From: Myxococcota bacterium
GTDB lineage: Bacteria > Myxococcota > Myxococcia > Myxococcales > Myxococcaceae
DNA length: 48,039 nt
Assembly: GCA_046725335.1 (NCBI GenBank)
Contig: JBKOYI010000109.1
Coordinates: forward strand, 1 to 48,039
Direction of reading: 5' to 3'
Positions 16,837 to 25,615 of this stretch are shown here, piece by piece. Positions within the stretch are counted from its first letter, which is position 1, and every line of letters starts with the position of its first letter. The position numbers and the translations under genes are program-made. The notes below the pieces were generated by a model. That model was not told the origin of the DNA, did not search any database, and worked only from the letters and a program-made list of their open reading frames with translations.

Positions 16837-18840
16837 CTACCGGGGCAGGGCCAGCCGGACCGAGAAGTTGTACCCCACCGACACCGGCTTGCCCTGGTAG
16901 GTGACCGGCTGGAAACGCTCGCTCATGAGGTGCTCCACCACGGCCTCGGTCATGAAGGGGAGCGGCTTGAGGACGTTGCAGCGCTCGACCTTGCCCTCGG
17001 TGGTGATGACACAGCGGACGATCATCGTGCCTTCCACGCGGGCCGCGGTGGCCTCCCGGGTGTAGACGATGGGCCGCCCTGGCTGGAGGAGCACCGGGCG
17101 GGTCATCCCCTCGCCGAAAGGCACGACATCCCGGGGAGCCGCCTCGGGAAGCGGGGCTGGCGGCGGGGGTGGTGCCGGAGTCCGGGCCACGCTGGCCACG
17201 GTGCTCGCCGGGACCGGCTGGGGAGCGGCCACGGGGCCCCGGGCGACGGCGCCGCTGGCCTCGGAACGGACGGGGATGGGAGTCCGGGCTTCCTCCCGCT
17301 CCTTCTCCTCCTCGCGCTTGCTCAGGGGGACCGGTTTCTCCACCCGCATCACCACCTTCTTCTGCAGCTTGGCGGTCACCATCACATCCCCCGAACCGCC
17401 AGAGGTGATGGACTGGGTGGGATAGCCCTCGAGGATCAGCACCATCTCGGCACTGGCCATCCCGTCCTGTCCAGCCGGCATCTCGAAGCTGGTGGGGGTG
17501 CTGCCCATGTCGTGGCGCCCGATGAAGACATGGGCCCCGGTCGGCTCGGTGGTGACGTGGAAGCGGACGATCTTCTTTTCGGACGGGGGTGGAGGCTCCG
17601 GCGGCTTGGGCGCTGGCACGGCCACCACCGGTTCCGGTTGCGGCTGTGGCTTGGGCGCACTCACTTGCGCCTGCTCGCCCTTGGGCAGCATCAGCCACAC
17701 CAGCACGAATCCCAGCAGGACCGCGCTGCCGAAGAGGAGCGCGGGCAGCAGCTTGCCCCCCTTCCTCGGCTCATCTTCGTCCTCTTCGATGTCGATCTGC
17801 GGATCGGGCTGCGCGCGGGGAGCGGTCACCGGTCCGGAGACGGCGCGCGCATGCAGCCCGGAGGTGGAGATTGGACCCGAGCCGTTGCCGGTGATCTTTC
17901 GCTCGGGAAAGATCCCGGTCACCCCGGTGGCATGGGCTGCATCGCGGAGGGCCTCCAGGACCTCGTCCATCGACTGGAAGCGCGAGGCCGGATCCTTCTG
18001 CAGACAGCGCATCACCACCTGCTCGACTTCGGGCGGAATGTCGGCGGTGGCGTTGCTCTCCCGGAAGGAGCGCGGTGGCTCCTTCATGTGCTGGAAGATG
18101 ACCTCCAGGTAGTCCTTGCCCAGAAAGGGCGGACGGCCGGCCAGCATCTGGTAGACCAGGATGCCCAGCGAATAGACGTCGCTGCGGGGGTCGGCCACGT
18201 TCCGGGCCTGCTCCGGCGCCATGTACTGGGGGCTGCCGAGGAACACCCCGTTCTGGGTGACCTCCGGGTCGCCGGAGGTGCCGTCGACGAGAAAGGATTT
18301 CACCAAGCCGAAGTCGAGGACCTTGACCATGTCATGGTCGGCCTCGTTGAGCAGCATCACGTTGGCCGGCTTGAGGTCGCGGTGGATGACGCCCAGCTTG
18401 TGGGCCTCGCGCAGCGAGCGACAGATCTGCTGGGCGATGTCGAGCACCCGCCGCCAGGGCAGCGTCTTCTCGTGGGCCAGGACCTCCGCCAGCGTCTGCC
18501 CCTCCATGTACTCCATGGCGATGAAGTAGATGCCGTCCTCGGTTTGCCCGTAGTCGATGACCGTGACCGTGTTGGGATGGCGCAGCTTCGAGGTGAGGCT
18601 GGCCTCGAGGAAGAAGCGCCTTTTGAAGGCTGGGTCCTTTTCCGCCGGGAAGTTGGGGTTGAGGATTTTCAGCGCCACCACGCGATCGAGCGGCGTTTGA
18701 ACGGCCTTGTAGACCTTGCCCATTCCGCCCGACCCCAGCGGCGCCAGGATCCGGAAGCGGTCATTGAGCACGCGACCGATGAGCGGATCGGTTCCCGCGT
18801 GGACGGATGGCATGGGGCCTTGGGGATCGCCCTCGAGCAT
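16837..18840 (-). CDS. Ser/Thr protein kinase with one TM helix, a periplasmic PEGA domain and a TonB C-terminal-like domain
   Basis: Hanks motifs [25 protein letters not shown] and [10 protein letters not shown] helix [26 protein letters not shown]-like segment [21 protein letters not shown]. The C-terminal ~90 aa ([24 protein letters not shown]...[21 protein letters not shown]) match the TonB_C pattern. The start is uncertain: ATG 18840 has GGAG 10 nt upstream, and ATG 18813 and 18903 are alternatives. Confidence 0.9.
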   Translation of the reverse strand: MLEGDPQGPMPSVHAGTDPLIGRVLNDRFRILAPLGSGGMGKVYKAVQTPLDRVVALKILNPNFPAEKDPAFKRRFFLEASLTSKLRHPNTVTVIDYGQTEDGIYFIAMEYMEGQTLAEVLAHEKTLPWRRVLDIAQQICRSLREAHKLGVIHRDLKPANVMLLNEADHDMVKVLDFGLVKSFLVDGTSGDPEVTQNGVFLGSPQYMAPEQARNVADPRSDVYSLGILVYQMLAGRPPFLGKDYLEVIFQHMKEPPRSFRESNATADIPPEVEQVVMRCLQKDPASRFQSMDEVLEALRDAAHATGVTGIFPERKITGNGSGPISTSGLHARAVSGPVTAPRAQPDPQIDIEEDEDEPRKGGKLLPALLFGSAVLLGFVLVWLMLPKGEQAQVSAPKPQPQPEPVVAVPAPKPPEPPPPSEKKIVRFHVTTEPTGAHVFIGRHDMGSTPTSFEMPAGQDGMASAEMVLILEGYPTQSITSGGSGDVMVTAKLQKKVVMRVEKPVPLSKREEEKEREEARTPIPVRSEASGAVARGPVAAPQPVPASTVASVARTPAPPPPPAPLPEAAPRDVVPFGEGMTRPVLLQPGRPIVYTREATAARVEGTMIVRCVITTEGKVERCNVLKPLPFMTEAVVEHLMSERFQPVTYQGKPVSVGYNFSVRLALPR

Positions 18841-18973
18841 TGAGCGGAGCTCCAGCGGTGGGGAGAAAGAACTCGCGACTACGTGGGAGCGATGAAACCA
18901 CAACTCACCGCGCGCCGGGCACCTCGCCGGAAGTTGTTGGAGCGGTCGCTGCGCGACCTACATCAGCGCCGAT

Positions 18974-19513
18974 CTAGCTCCGAAGTGCGCGGTGCAGCTC
19001 GTCGAGCTGGGTGCGCACCGTGCCATCGAAGACCACCGAGCCCACCCGGGTGCTGATCCCACCGAGAACATCCCGGTCCACCCGTGTCTCCAGCACCACC
19101 TGCTTGTTCAGGATCTGAGAGAGGCTCTTCTGCAGTCTCTCCACGGCTTCCGGGTCGAGCGGCACCGCGCTGACGACTTCTCCGCGGACGCGTCCGGCCC
19201 GAGCATCGGTCATGTCCCGGAACAGCCGAGCGATGTCCGGCAGGGCGCTCAGGCGTTTGCGGTCCACCAGCAGCCGCAGGAAGTTGGCAAGCACCGGGCC
19301 AGGGGAAGGGAGCAGCTGGATCAGACCTTCGATCACCCCGTGTCGTTGTGCCCGGGAGTAGGCCGGGTTGCCCAGTGCATCGGCCAGATCGGGGTTGGCT
19401 GCGATCAGCCCGGTGAGGGAGGCGAGCTGATCGGCGGCGGCCACCGCCTCCGTCTCTTCGCAGGCCTCGAGGAGGGCGCGGGCGTAGCGACGAGCGATGG
19501 AGACGTTCACCAT
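18974..19513 (-). CDS. atpH: F1 ATP synthase delta subunit (OSCP)
   Basis: SIARRYARALLEA start, and the C-terminal segment GGISTRVGSVVFDGTVRTQLDEL typical of the delta subunit. 179 aa. The track ORF is over-extended to 19849. Confidence 0.9.
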   Translation of the reverse strand: MVNVSIARRYARALLEACEETEAVAAADQLASLTGLIAANPDLADALGNPAYSRAQRHGVIEGLIQLLPSPGPVLANFLRLLVDRKRLSALPDIARLFRDMTDARAGRVRGEVVSAVPLDPEAVERLQKSLSQILNKQVVLETRVDRDVLGGISTRVGSVVFDGTVRTQLDELHRALRS

Positions 19514-19628
19514 GGCGGGCGGGCGCTTAGCATCCCCGGCGCACGCCTCGCAACGCGTCCGGTAGCCCGGGCGTCGATTGCGCAGTTGCTCCCACCGACT
19601 GGCAGCGTGCGACGCTCGCCGGCCTGGC

Positions 19629-21449
19629 ATGCACGAACCGGTGGTGGGCATCGACCTGGGGACGTCCACCAGCGCGGTGGCGACGCTGCAAGCCGGGCAG
19701 CCACGCATTCTGTATTCCCGGAACGGGCAGCCCCTCACCCCCTCCCTGGTGGGGTTTCGAGCCGACGGCGCCCGGGTGGTGGGAGAGGCAGCCCGGCAGC
19801 TGGCCGAGGAGCGGCCGGCCGACGTGGCCGCGGCTACCAAGCGCTTCATCGGCCGGCGCTGGACCCATGAGCTGGCGCAGTCCGCGCGGGGGCTGGTGCG
19901 CTATCCGCTCATCGAAGGGCCCAGCGGCGAAATTCGCATCAAGATCGCCGGCCGGGTCCTTCCGCTGACCCAGGTGTCGGCGCTGATCCTCGGCGAGCTG
20001 AAGCTCGATGCCGAGGCCCATTTCGGGCGGCCGGTCCACAAGTGCGTCATCACCGTGCCGGCCAACTTCGACGACATGCAGCGGGCCGCCACCCGTCAAG
20101 CCGCCCAGATTGCCGGCCTCCACGTCCTCCGCCTGGTCAACGAGCCCACCGCGGCGGCGGTCGCCTACGGCCTCACCGCCCAGTTCCAGGGCAAGGCGCT
20201 GGTCTTCGATCTCGGCGGCGGGACTTTCGACGTCTCCATCCTCGAGGTGGAGTCGGGGGTCTTCCAGGTTCGAGCCACCGGCGGCGATCCAGTGCTCGGT
20301 GGCGAGGACTTCGACGCCCGGATCGTCCAGTGGCTGCTCAGCCACATCCCGGAGACCCATCGAGAATCCGCCTTCCGGGACACCCTCTCGCTCCAGCGGC
20401 TGAAGGCCGCGGCTGAGCTGGCCAAGCGAGAACTGAGCCAGCATGACCAGGCCGAGATCGCCATCACCGGCCTTGGCGACCACGGACCGGGCGGAAGCGT
20501 GGTCAACCTCTCGGTGACCCTGTCCCGAACGGAGTTCGAGGCGCTGGTCGAGTCGCTGGTGGCCCGCTGCCTGGCGGTCACCGAACAGATGATGACCGAG
20601 GCTCGGGCCCGACCCTCCGACCTGGATGTCGTCTTGCTGGTGGGGGGGATGACCCGGGTCCCGATCGTTCGAAAACGGGTGGGAGACTTCTTCGGGAAGC
20701 TGCCGGTGGTGGGAGTGAACCCGGACGAGGTGGTGGCCCTTGGGGCGGCGGTGCACGCGGCGGAGATCGCGGCCCAGGAGGGGCAGACCCTGTTGATCGA
20801 CGTGGCCAGCCACTCGCTCGGGGTGGGTGTGCTCGGCGGTGGGGTCAGGCGGTTGGTGTTGAAAAACACGGCCATCCCGGTCGTCGCCCGGGAGGTCTTT
20901 CTGCCCTCCGGCTCCGGCCAGAGCCGAGCCCGCATCGTCATCTACCAGGGCGAATCCGCCGAGGCGGAGAAGAACGCGCGCCTCGGCGAGGTGGTGCTCA
21001 GCGACCTCAGGGTCAAGCACCGCGCCGACACTCCGCTGGAAGTGACCTTCGAGATGTCCAGCGAGGGGACGCTCAGCGTTCGAGCGATGGACCTCACCAC
21101 CGGACTGTCCGAGGCGGTGCGCATCACCCAGCGGACCGAGCTCTCCACCGAGGAGGTGAAGACGCTGCAGGCCGAGCAGGCCGCCTACCACGCCCAGACG
21201 ACGGATCCCGAGGCCAAGTCCATCGCTTCGTTCGAGCAGCTGCTGGAACGGGCGGAGCAGCTGCGGCGAGCCCTGGAGTCGCAGCGGCCTTCACTGGGAG
21301 ATGCGGCGGAGCGCGATTCGGCCACCCAGCTAGCCGAGAGCATGCGGAGCCTGGTTCACCTCGGGCGAACCGCGGCCCAGGCCGGGAACCGACGGCAGAT
21401 GGCCGAGGTGTCCGAGCGGCTGAGTGGGCTCCTGGCCGAAGCCAGCTGA
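19629..21449 (+). CDS. Hsp70-family chaperone (non-canonical DnaK paralog)
   Basis: VGIDLGTSTSAVA, ITVPANFDD, DLGGGTFDVSILE and VLLVGGMTRVP actin-fold ATPase motifs, plus a beta-sandwich substrate domain. Lacks the DnaK C-terminal EEVD-type tail. Confidence 0.9.
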   Translation: MHEPVVGIDLGTSTSAVATLQAGQPRILYSRNGQPLTPSLVGFRADGARVVGEAARQLAEERPADVAAATKRFIGRRWTHELAQSARGLVRYPLIEGPSGEIRIKIAGRVLPLTQVSALILGELKLDAEAHFGRPVHKCVITVPANFDDMQRAATRQAAQIAGLHVLRLVNEPTAAAVAYGLTAQFQGKALVFDLGGGTFDVSILEVESGVFQVRATGGDPVLGGEDFDARIVQWLLSHIPETHRESAFRDTLSLQRLKAAAELAKRELSQHDQAEIAITGLGDHGPGGSVVNLSVTLSRTEFEALVESLVARCLAVTEQMMTEARARPSDLDVVLLVGGMTRVPIVRKRVGDFFGKLPVVGVNPDEVVALGAAVHAAEIAAQEGQTLLIDVASHSLGVGVLGGGVRRLVLKNTAIPVVAREVFLPSGSGQSRARIVIYQGESAEAEKNARLGEVVLSDLRVKHRADTPLEVTFEMSSEGTLSVRAMDLTTGLSEAVRITQRTELSTEEVKTLQAEQAAYHAQTTDPEAKSIASFEQLLERAEQLRRALESQRPSLGDAAERDSATQLAESMRSLVHLGRTAAQAGNRRQMAEVSERLSGLLAEAS

Positions 21450-21454
21450 TGGCA

Positions 21455-21475
21455 CAGACCACCCAGGGTGGTCTG
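21455..21475. terminator. palindrome between convergent genes (possible bidirectional terminator)
   Basis: CAGACCACCC-A-GGGTGGTCTG has perfect 10-bp arms. It lies 6 nt after the hsp70 stop and 27 nt after the convergent gene's stop. There is no U-tract. Confidence 0.4.
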
Positions 21476-21501
21476 CGCCATGAGGGGTAGCCTCCTCGGC
21501 A

Positions 21502-21942
21502 TCAGTGCAGCGTCCTCTTGAGGGTGCTCAACGTGCCGTGCGTTCGCTCGGCCTGGGGGAGCAGCTGGGCCTCCACCCAGGAGCGGGTGTCGCCGTCCAG
21601 GCTGTCGAGCTCACGGCGGTATTCCCGCAGCCCGTGGTCCTCGCCGGACTCCAGGGCATCCACGGCGGTCTTCTCCCCCAGAAGGTTCCCCCCGGTCTGG
21701 AGGAGCTTGGCCCAGGTACCCCAGGCACCGGAGTCCTGGGAGGGCGTTCCCCCGAGCGCGGTAATGCGCGAGCGCAGCAGGTCGATGCGCTGCTGGTGGT
21801 TCTGCTCGCATTCCTCCAGCTGGGCGCGGGCCTGCGGGGCGGAGATCTTCTCCAGCGCCTGGCGGTAGGTCTCGACCGCGGAGATCTCCACGCGGAGCAA
21901 GGAGTTCAGCTTGGCGATGACGTGCTCGTCGGGGGTGGCCAT
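21502..21942 (-). CDS. PA2169/DUF2383-like four-helix-bundle (ferritin-like) protein
   Basis: Helical repeat pattern LLRVEISAVETYRQALE...ALESGEDHGLREYRREL resembles the PA2169 family (TIGR02284-type). 146 aa. Confidence 0.7.
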   Translation of the reverse strand: MATPDEHVIAKLNSLLRVEISAVETYRQALEKISAPQARAQLEECEQNHQQRIDLLRSRITALGGTPSQDSGAWGTWAKLLQTGGNLLGEKTAVDALESGEDHGLREYRRELDSLDGDTRSWVEAQLLPQAERTHGTLSTLKRTLH

Positions 21943-22065
21943 GGCGGGTCTCCTGGGTAGGAGCTGAAGCTGATCACCGCCGTTCTTCCTGGGAAGCGCG
22001 GTCGGCGGGGCGCGTGGCCGCCCGCCCGGTCGACGGTCATGGCGGAGACCCTGGGAACTGCGCCA

Positions 22066-23409
22066 TCAGGACTCTGCGTTCGGGTCGGAGGCGTCGAGCA
22101 ACTTGTAGAGCGTCTTGCGGTCCACCTCGAGGAGCCTGGCCGCCTCGGATTTGTTACCGCCCACCGTCTGCAGCACGTGCTGGGCGTAGCGCCGGTTCAG
22201 CTCGGCCAGAGTCGGCATGTCCCCTGCCAGCCCGGCCAGCTTCTTGGGGGCATCGCCGATGGGGGCAGGGAAGTCCGCCGGCCCGAGCACCCCGGTGACG
22301 TTCAGGGCCAGGGCCCGGGCCACCACGTTCTCCAGCTGCCGGACGTTTCCCGGCCAGTCGTAGGCGCGGAGGCGGGCCATCGCCTCCTCGGTCACCACCG
22401 GGCGAGCCCCCCCGCGGGCGTGCAGGGCTGCGAAGTGCTCGACCAGAGCCGGGATGTCCTCCCGGCGCTCGCGCAAGGGCGGCAGGTGGAGGTGGACGAC
22501 ATCGAGGCGGTACAGCAGGTCCTCCCGGAAGCGCCCTTCGCCCACCCGCGCCTTGAGATCCTTGTTGGTGGCCGCCACCACCCGGACGTCCACCCGGACC
22601 GGGGTGCTCTCGCCCACCCGGCGAATCTCCCCTTCCTGCAAGGCGCGGAGCAGCTGCGACTGAATCTTCGGACCGACGTCGCCGATCTCGTCGAGAAAGA
22701 GGGTTCCCCCGGTGGCTTCCTCGAACATTCCCCGTCGGAATCCGGAGGCCCCGGTGAACGCTCCCTTGGCGTGCCCGAACAGCTCGCTCTCCATGAGCGA
22801 CTCGGCGATGGCTCCGCAGTCCACCACCACGAACCGTCCGGCGCTCCGTGGCGAGCGCTGGTGCAGGCTCCGAGCCACCTGCTCCTTTCCGGTGCCGGTC
22901 TCACCGGTGATGAGGACCGGGACGTTGGTGGCGGCCGCCCGGGCCACCTGCTTGTACACCTCCAGCAGCGCCGCGCTCCGGCCCACCAGCTCGTGCTGCT
23001 TCACCCGGGCCCGGAGACTCTTGTTCTCTTCCACCAGGCGGCGCTGCTCCAGCGCTCGGCGCACCACCCGAACGATGGCGTCGACGTCGAAGGGCTTGGC
23101 CAGGTAGTCGAAGGCGCCCTGCTGGATGGTGTCGAGGGCGCCCTCGATGTTGCCGAAGGCGGTGAGGACGATGACGGGCGCATCCGGATGGTGTTCCTGG
23201 GTGGCCTTGAGTACCCGGAGCCCGTCGTCTGGGTCGGGCATGGCCATGTCGGTCAGCACCACGTCCACCCCGGGCGCTCCCCGCAGGGCCTCCTCCGCGG
23301 CCGGGGCCGAGGCTGCTTCGGAGACCGTTCCCAGCGGGGCCAGCAGACGCCGGAGGAGTCCCCGAGCGTGGGGATCGTCGTCGACGACGAGAATGTGCGT
23401 CGGCCTCAT
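22066..23409 (-). CDS. sigma54-dependent response regulator (NtrC family: REC-AAA+-HTH)
   Basis: REC domain (ILVVDDD...VVLTDMAMPD...AKP). AAA+ domain with Walker A GETGTGKE, ESELFGHAKGAFTGA, TLFLDEIGD and FREDLLYRL. C-terminal Fis-type HTH. Confidence 0.95.
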   Translation of the reverse strand: MRPTHILVVDDDPHARGLLRRLLAPLGTVSEAASAPAAEEALRGAPGVDVVLTDMAMPDPDDGLRVLKATQEHHPDAPVIVLTAFGNIEGALDTIQQGAFDYLAKPFDVDAIVRVVRRALEQRRLVEENKSLRARVKQHELVGRSAALLEVYKQVARAAATNVPVLITGETGTGKEQVARSLHQRSPRSAGRFVVVDCGAIAESLMESELFGHAKGAFTGASGFRRGMFEEATGGTLFLDEIGDVGPKIQSQLLRALQEGEIRRVGESTPVRVDVRVVAATNKDLKARVGEGRFREDLLYRLDVVHLHLPPLRERREDIPALVEHFAALHARGGARPVVTEEAMARLRAYDWPGNVRQLENVVARALALNVTGVLGPADFPAPIGDAPKKLAGLAGDMPTLAELNRRYAQHVLQTVGGNKSEAARLLEVDRKTLYKLLDASDPNAES

Positions 23410-24842
23410 TGGCTCTCGGCCAGCGCCTCGACCACGGCTGACGACGTTGCCGCGGCTGGCCGCGGCTGATCTGCGGCGCGGGGGAAGCGCACGGTGGCGG
23501 TGGTGCCCGCCCCGGGCGCGCTCTGGATCCGGAGCGTGCCTCCGTGTGCCTCCACCAATCGCTTGGTGGTGGCCAGTCCGAGTCCCTGGCCGGGAAGGCC
23601 GCGGGCCTCGGGGGCTCGAAAAAATGGCTGGAAGAGCCTCTTCAGCACCTCTTCCGACATGCCCGGTCCATTGTCGCTCACCTCGAGCACGACCTCTTCT
23701 CCCTCCAGCCCGGTGAAGACGGTCACCCGAGCCCCGGGCCGTCCAGCGGAGTACTTCACCGCGTTGGAGATGAGGTTCTGGGCGATGGATTGGACGAGCT
23801 GGGCCGGGATGTCCAGCCGCAGGTTGCGACGCAGCTTTCGCTCGATGACCACCCCATTCAGCGCCGCCACCTGGTCCTGCTCGAGGAGGATGGTGCTCAC
23901 CGCCGTCTCCACCTCACAGGAAGGGCCCTCGCTGCGCTTGCCGGCCCGGCAGAAGCGGAGCAGTGCCTCCACCAGCTCGGCCATTCGAGTGGCGCTGGCT
24001 TCGGCATCGGCCAGCATTTCCCGGATGTCCGGATCGGTGAGAGCCTCGGAGCGCCGGATGAGGGTGAGGTAGCCACGGAGCGGGCTCAAGGGGCTCACCA
24101 GATCGTGGGCCACCCGGCTGGCAAAGGCGTCCAGCTCGTGGTTTCGCCGATCCAGTTCGGCCATCTGCGCTTGGATGGTGTGCTCCTGGCGCCGGAGCAC
24201 GCGCACCATCGACGTTCCCACGACCATGGCCAGGACCACGCCCGACAGCGCCACCAGCGCGCCCACGAAGGTGGTCTTGGTCCGCAGGCCCTCCCGGCGC
24301 CGGAGCAGCGCTCGCGTCTCCTGGGCGTCCTTGTAGGCCAGCTCGGAGGCGACGGTGTGTAGCTGCTCGGTGATGGGCCGCAGCTCGGCTTCTAGGTGCT
24401 GCCGCGCCCGCTCGGCCTCGCGTCGGTTGCTGAAGCGCAAGGCCACCCGCGCGGACTGAGCCAGAGCGCGGGCGGTCTCGTCGAAGCGTTTCCAGATTTC
24501 TTTTTCGCCCTCCGGCAGCCCCTGGGTGTAGGCCAAACGGGCTTCCCTGGCGTCGGCCAGCGTCTCCTCCATCCTGGCGTCGACCACCTGGCGCGCATCG
24601 TCGTCGGTGGCGCGGATGTGATCGTCGACCAGGTTCTCCAACACTGCAGCGTCGACGCGGATCCGAGCGATGAGGGCTTCACGCTCCAGGGCGGCAGCGA
24701 ACAGATCGTCGATGCGGGCGTGGGTTCGCAGCTCGTTCCACAGAGTGAAGCCGGTCACGGCGGCCAGCAGGACGACGACGAAGAAGAAGGCGGCGCGGTA
24801 GCGGCGAAAAGACAGGGCAGCGTTCACAGGCGGAGGCGGCAT
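23406..24842 (-). CDS. membrane sensor histidine kinase (2 TM, HisKA, HATPase_c)
   Basis: TM helices AAFFFVVVLLAAVTGFTLW and FVGALVALSGVVLAMVVG. H-box FASRVAHDLVSPLSPLRGY, N-box NLISNAVKY, G1 DNGPGM, G2 GQGLGLA. The stop overlaps the ntrC-like start (ATGA at 23406-23409). Confidence 0.9.
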   Translation of the reverse strand: MPPPPVNAALSFRRYRAAFFFVVVLLAAVTGFTLWNELRTHARIDDLFAAALEREALIARIRVDAAVLENLVDDHIRATDDDARQVVDARMEETLADAREARLAYTQGLPEGEKEIWKRFDETARALAQSARVALRFSNRREAERARQHLEAELRPITEQLHTVASELAYKDAQETRALLRRREGLRTKTTFVGALVALSGVVLAMVVGTSMVRVLRRQEHTIQAQMAELDRRNHELDAFASRVAHDLVSPLSPLRGYLTLIRRSEALTDPDIREMLADAEASATRMAELVEALLRFCRAGKRSEGPSCEVETAVSTILLEQDQVAALNGVVIERKLRRNLRLDIPAQLVQSIAQNLISNAVKYSAGRPGARVTVFTGLEGEEVVLEVSDNGPGMSEEVLKRLFQPFFRAPEARGLPGQGLGLATTKRLVEAHGGTLRIQSAPGAGTTATVRFPRAADQPRPAAATSSAVVEALAESQ

Positions 24843-24993
24843 GCTGGCACAGGCCGATCTGACAGGGACCCGGACGTCCAGATTCACTGTAATCTCAAAA
24901 CTGTGGAGAATCTCCCCATTCGCTTCTGGACAGCTGCGGAGGGCGTCCCCAGCGGTTCCCCGCTTTGGAGCACACAGCCCTGGATCCACGCGG

Positions 24994-25009
24994 TGGCACG
25001 ACCCGTGCT
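24994..25009 (+). promoter_or_regulatory. sigma54 (-24/-12) promoter
   Basis: TGGCACG-ACCC-GTGCT with exact GG-N10-GC spacing, matching the consensus TGGCACG-N4-TTGCW at 11 of 12 defined positions. Lies 41 nt upstream of ATG 25050 and divergent from a sigma54 activator operon. Confidence 0.7.
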
Positions 25010-25049
25010 CGGAGGGCCCCCGCAGCACCAAACCCAAAGGAGCAACTCC

Positions 25050-25241
25050 ATGAAGAAGCTGATCGCCGCCCTGATTCTCGCCACCTCCTTCGCGGCCCTG
25101 GCCGAAGAGCCTGCCAAGCCGGCCACCGAGAAGAAGAGCGAGAAGAAGTCGGCCGACAAGAAGTCGTCGGAGAAGTCGCCGGAAAAGACGGACGCCACCA
25201 AGCCGGCCGCCGAGAAGACTCCGGCTCCGGAGAAGAAGTAA
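25050..25241 (+). CDS. small secreted Lys/Glu/Pro/Ala-rich low-complexity protein (63 aa)
   Basis: AAAGGAG SD 7 nt upstream. Sec signal peptide MKKLIAALILATSFAALA. The mature part is EEPAKPATEKKSEKKSADKKSSEKSPEK...APEKK. A paralog lies 143 nt downstream. Confidence 0.7.
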   Translation: MKKLIAALILATSFAALAEEPAKPATEKKSEKKSADKKSSEKSPEKTDATKPAAEKTPAPEKK

Positions 25242-25267
25242 CTCCCAGTTTCGGCTGTTGTCGTTTC

Positions 25268-25306
25268 GCCGGCGGGGTGGGTCCTTCGAGGGCTCACCCC
25301 GCTGGC
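25268..25306 (+). terminator. stem-loop after the first small ORF
   Basis: GCCGGCGGGGTG ... CACCCCGCTGGC forms a 12-bp stem with one G-U pair and a 15-nt loop. No U-tract. The 3' arm overlaps the -24 box of the next sigma54 promoter. Confidence 0.4.
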
Positions 25307-25318
25307 ACGTTCAGTGCT
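25303..25318 (+). promoter_or_regulatory. sigma54 (-24/-12) promoter, second copy
   Basis: TGGCACG-TTCA-GTGCT has the same defined positions as the copy at 24994. Lies 66 nt upstream of ATG 25384. Confidence 0.7.
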
Positions 25319-25383
25319 GAGCACTCTCATTGACGCAGCATTCCGCTGCCGTCCCCGTTTGTTTTTTCAGGAGCCCATCCCAC

Positions 25384-25569
25384 ATGAAGAAGCTGATCGC
25401 CGCGCTGGTTCTCGCCACCTCCTTCGCCGCCTTCGCCGACGACGCTGCCAAGTCGGACGCGCCCAAGGCCGAGAAGAAGCACAGCAAGAAGGCCAAGAAG
25501 GCCTCCAAGGACGCGACCACCGCCCCTGCTCCCGCGGCTGGTGATGCGGCCGCGGCCGACAAGAAGTAA
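25384..25569 (+). CDS. small secreted Lys/Ala-rich low-complexity protein (61 aa), paralog of 25050..25241
   Basis: AGGAG (25369-25373) upstream. Signal peptide MKKLIAALVLATSFAAFA. The mature part is DDAAKSDAPKAEKKHSKKAKKASKD...AADKK. Confidence 0.7.
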   Translation: MKKLIAALVLATSFAAFADDAAKSDAPKAEKKHSKKAKKASKDATTAPAPAAGDAAAADKK

Positions 25570-25615
25570 CTGACGCCCGCCGGGCCTGACAGTGGCCCCC
25601 GCGTCGAGCGTTCTT

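Noticed and set aside
15249-18843. Long plus-strand ORFs (551 aa at 15249..16904 and 742 aa at 16615..18843)
   Set aside because: They are antisense to atpA and the Ser/Thr kinase. The translations are Gly/Arg/His/Leu-rich with no motifs.
19527-19535. CIRCE (HrcA operator) upstream of the hsp70 gene: TTAGCATCC
   Set aside because: Only a degenerate left half-site is present. No GAGTGCTAA partner lies 9 nt downstream.
19527-21191. 554-aa minus-strand ORF
   Set aside because: It is antisense to the Hsp70-family gene and is a shadow frame.
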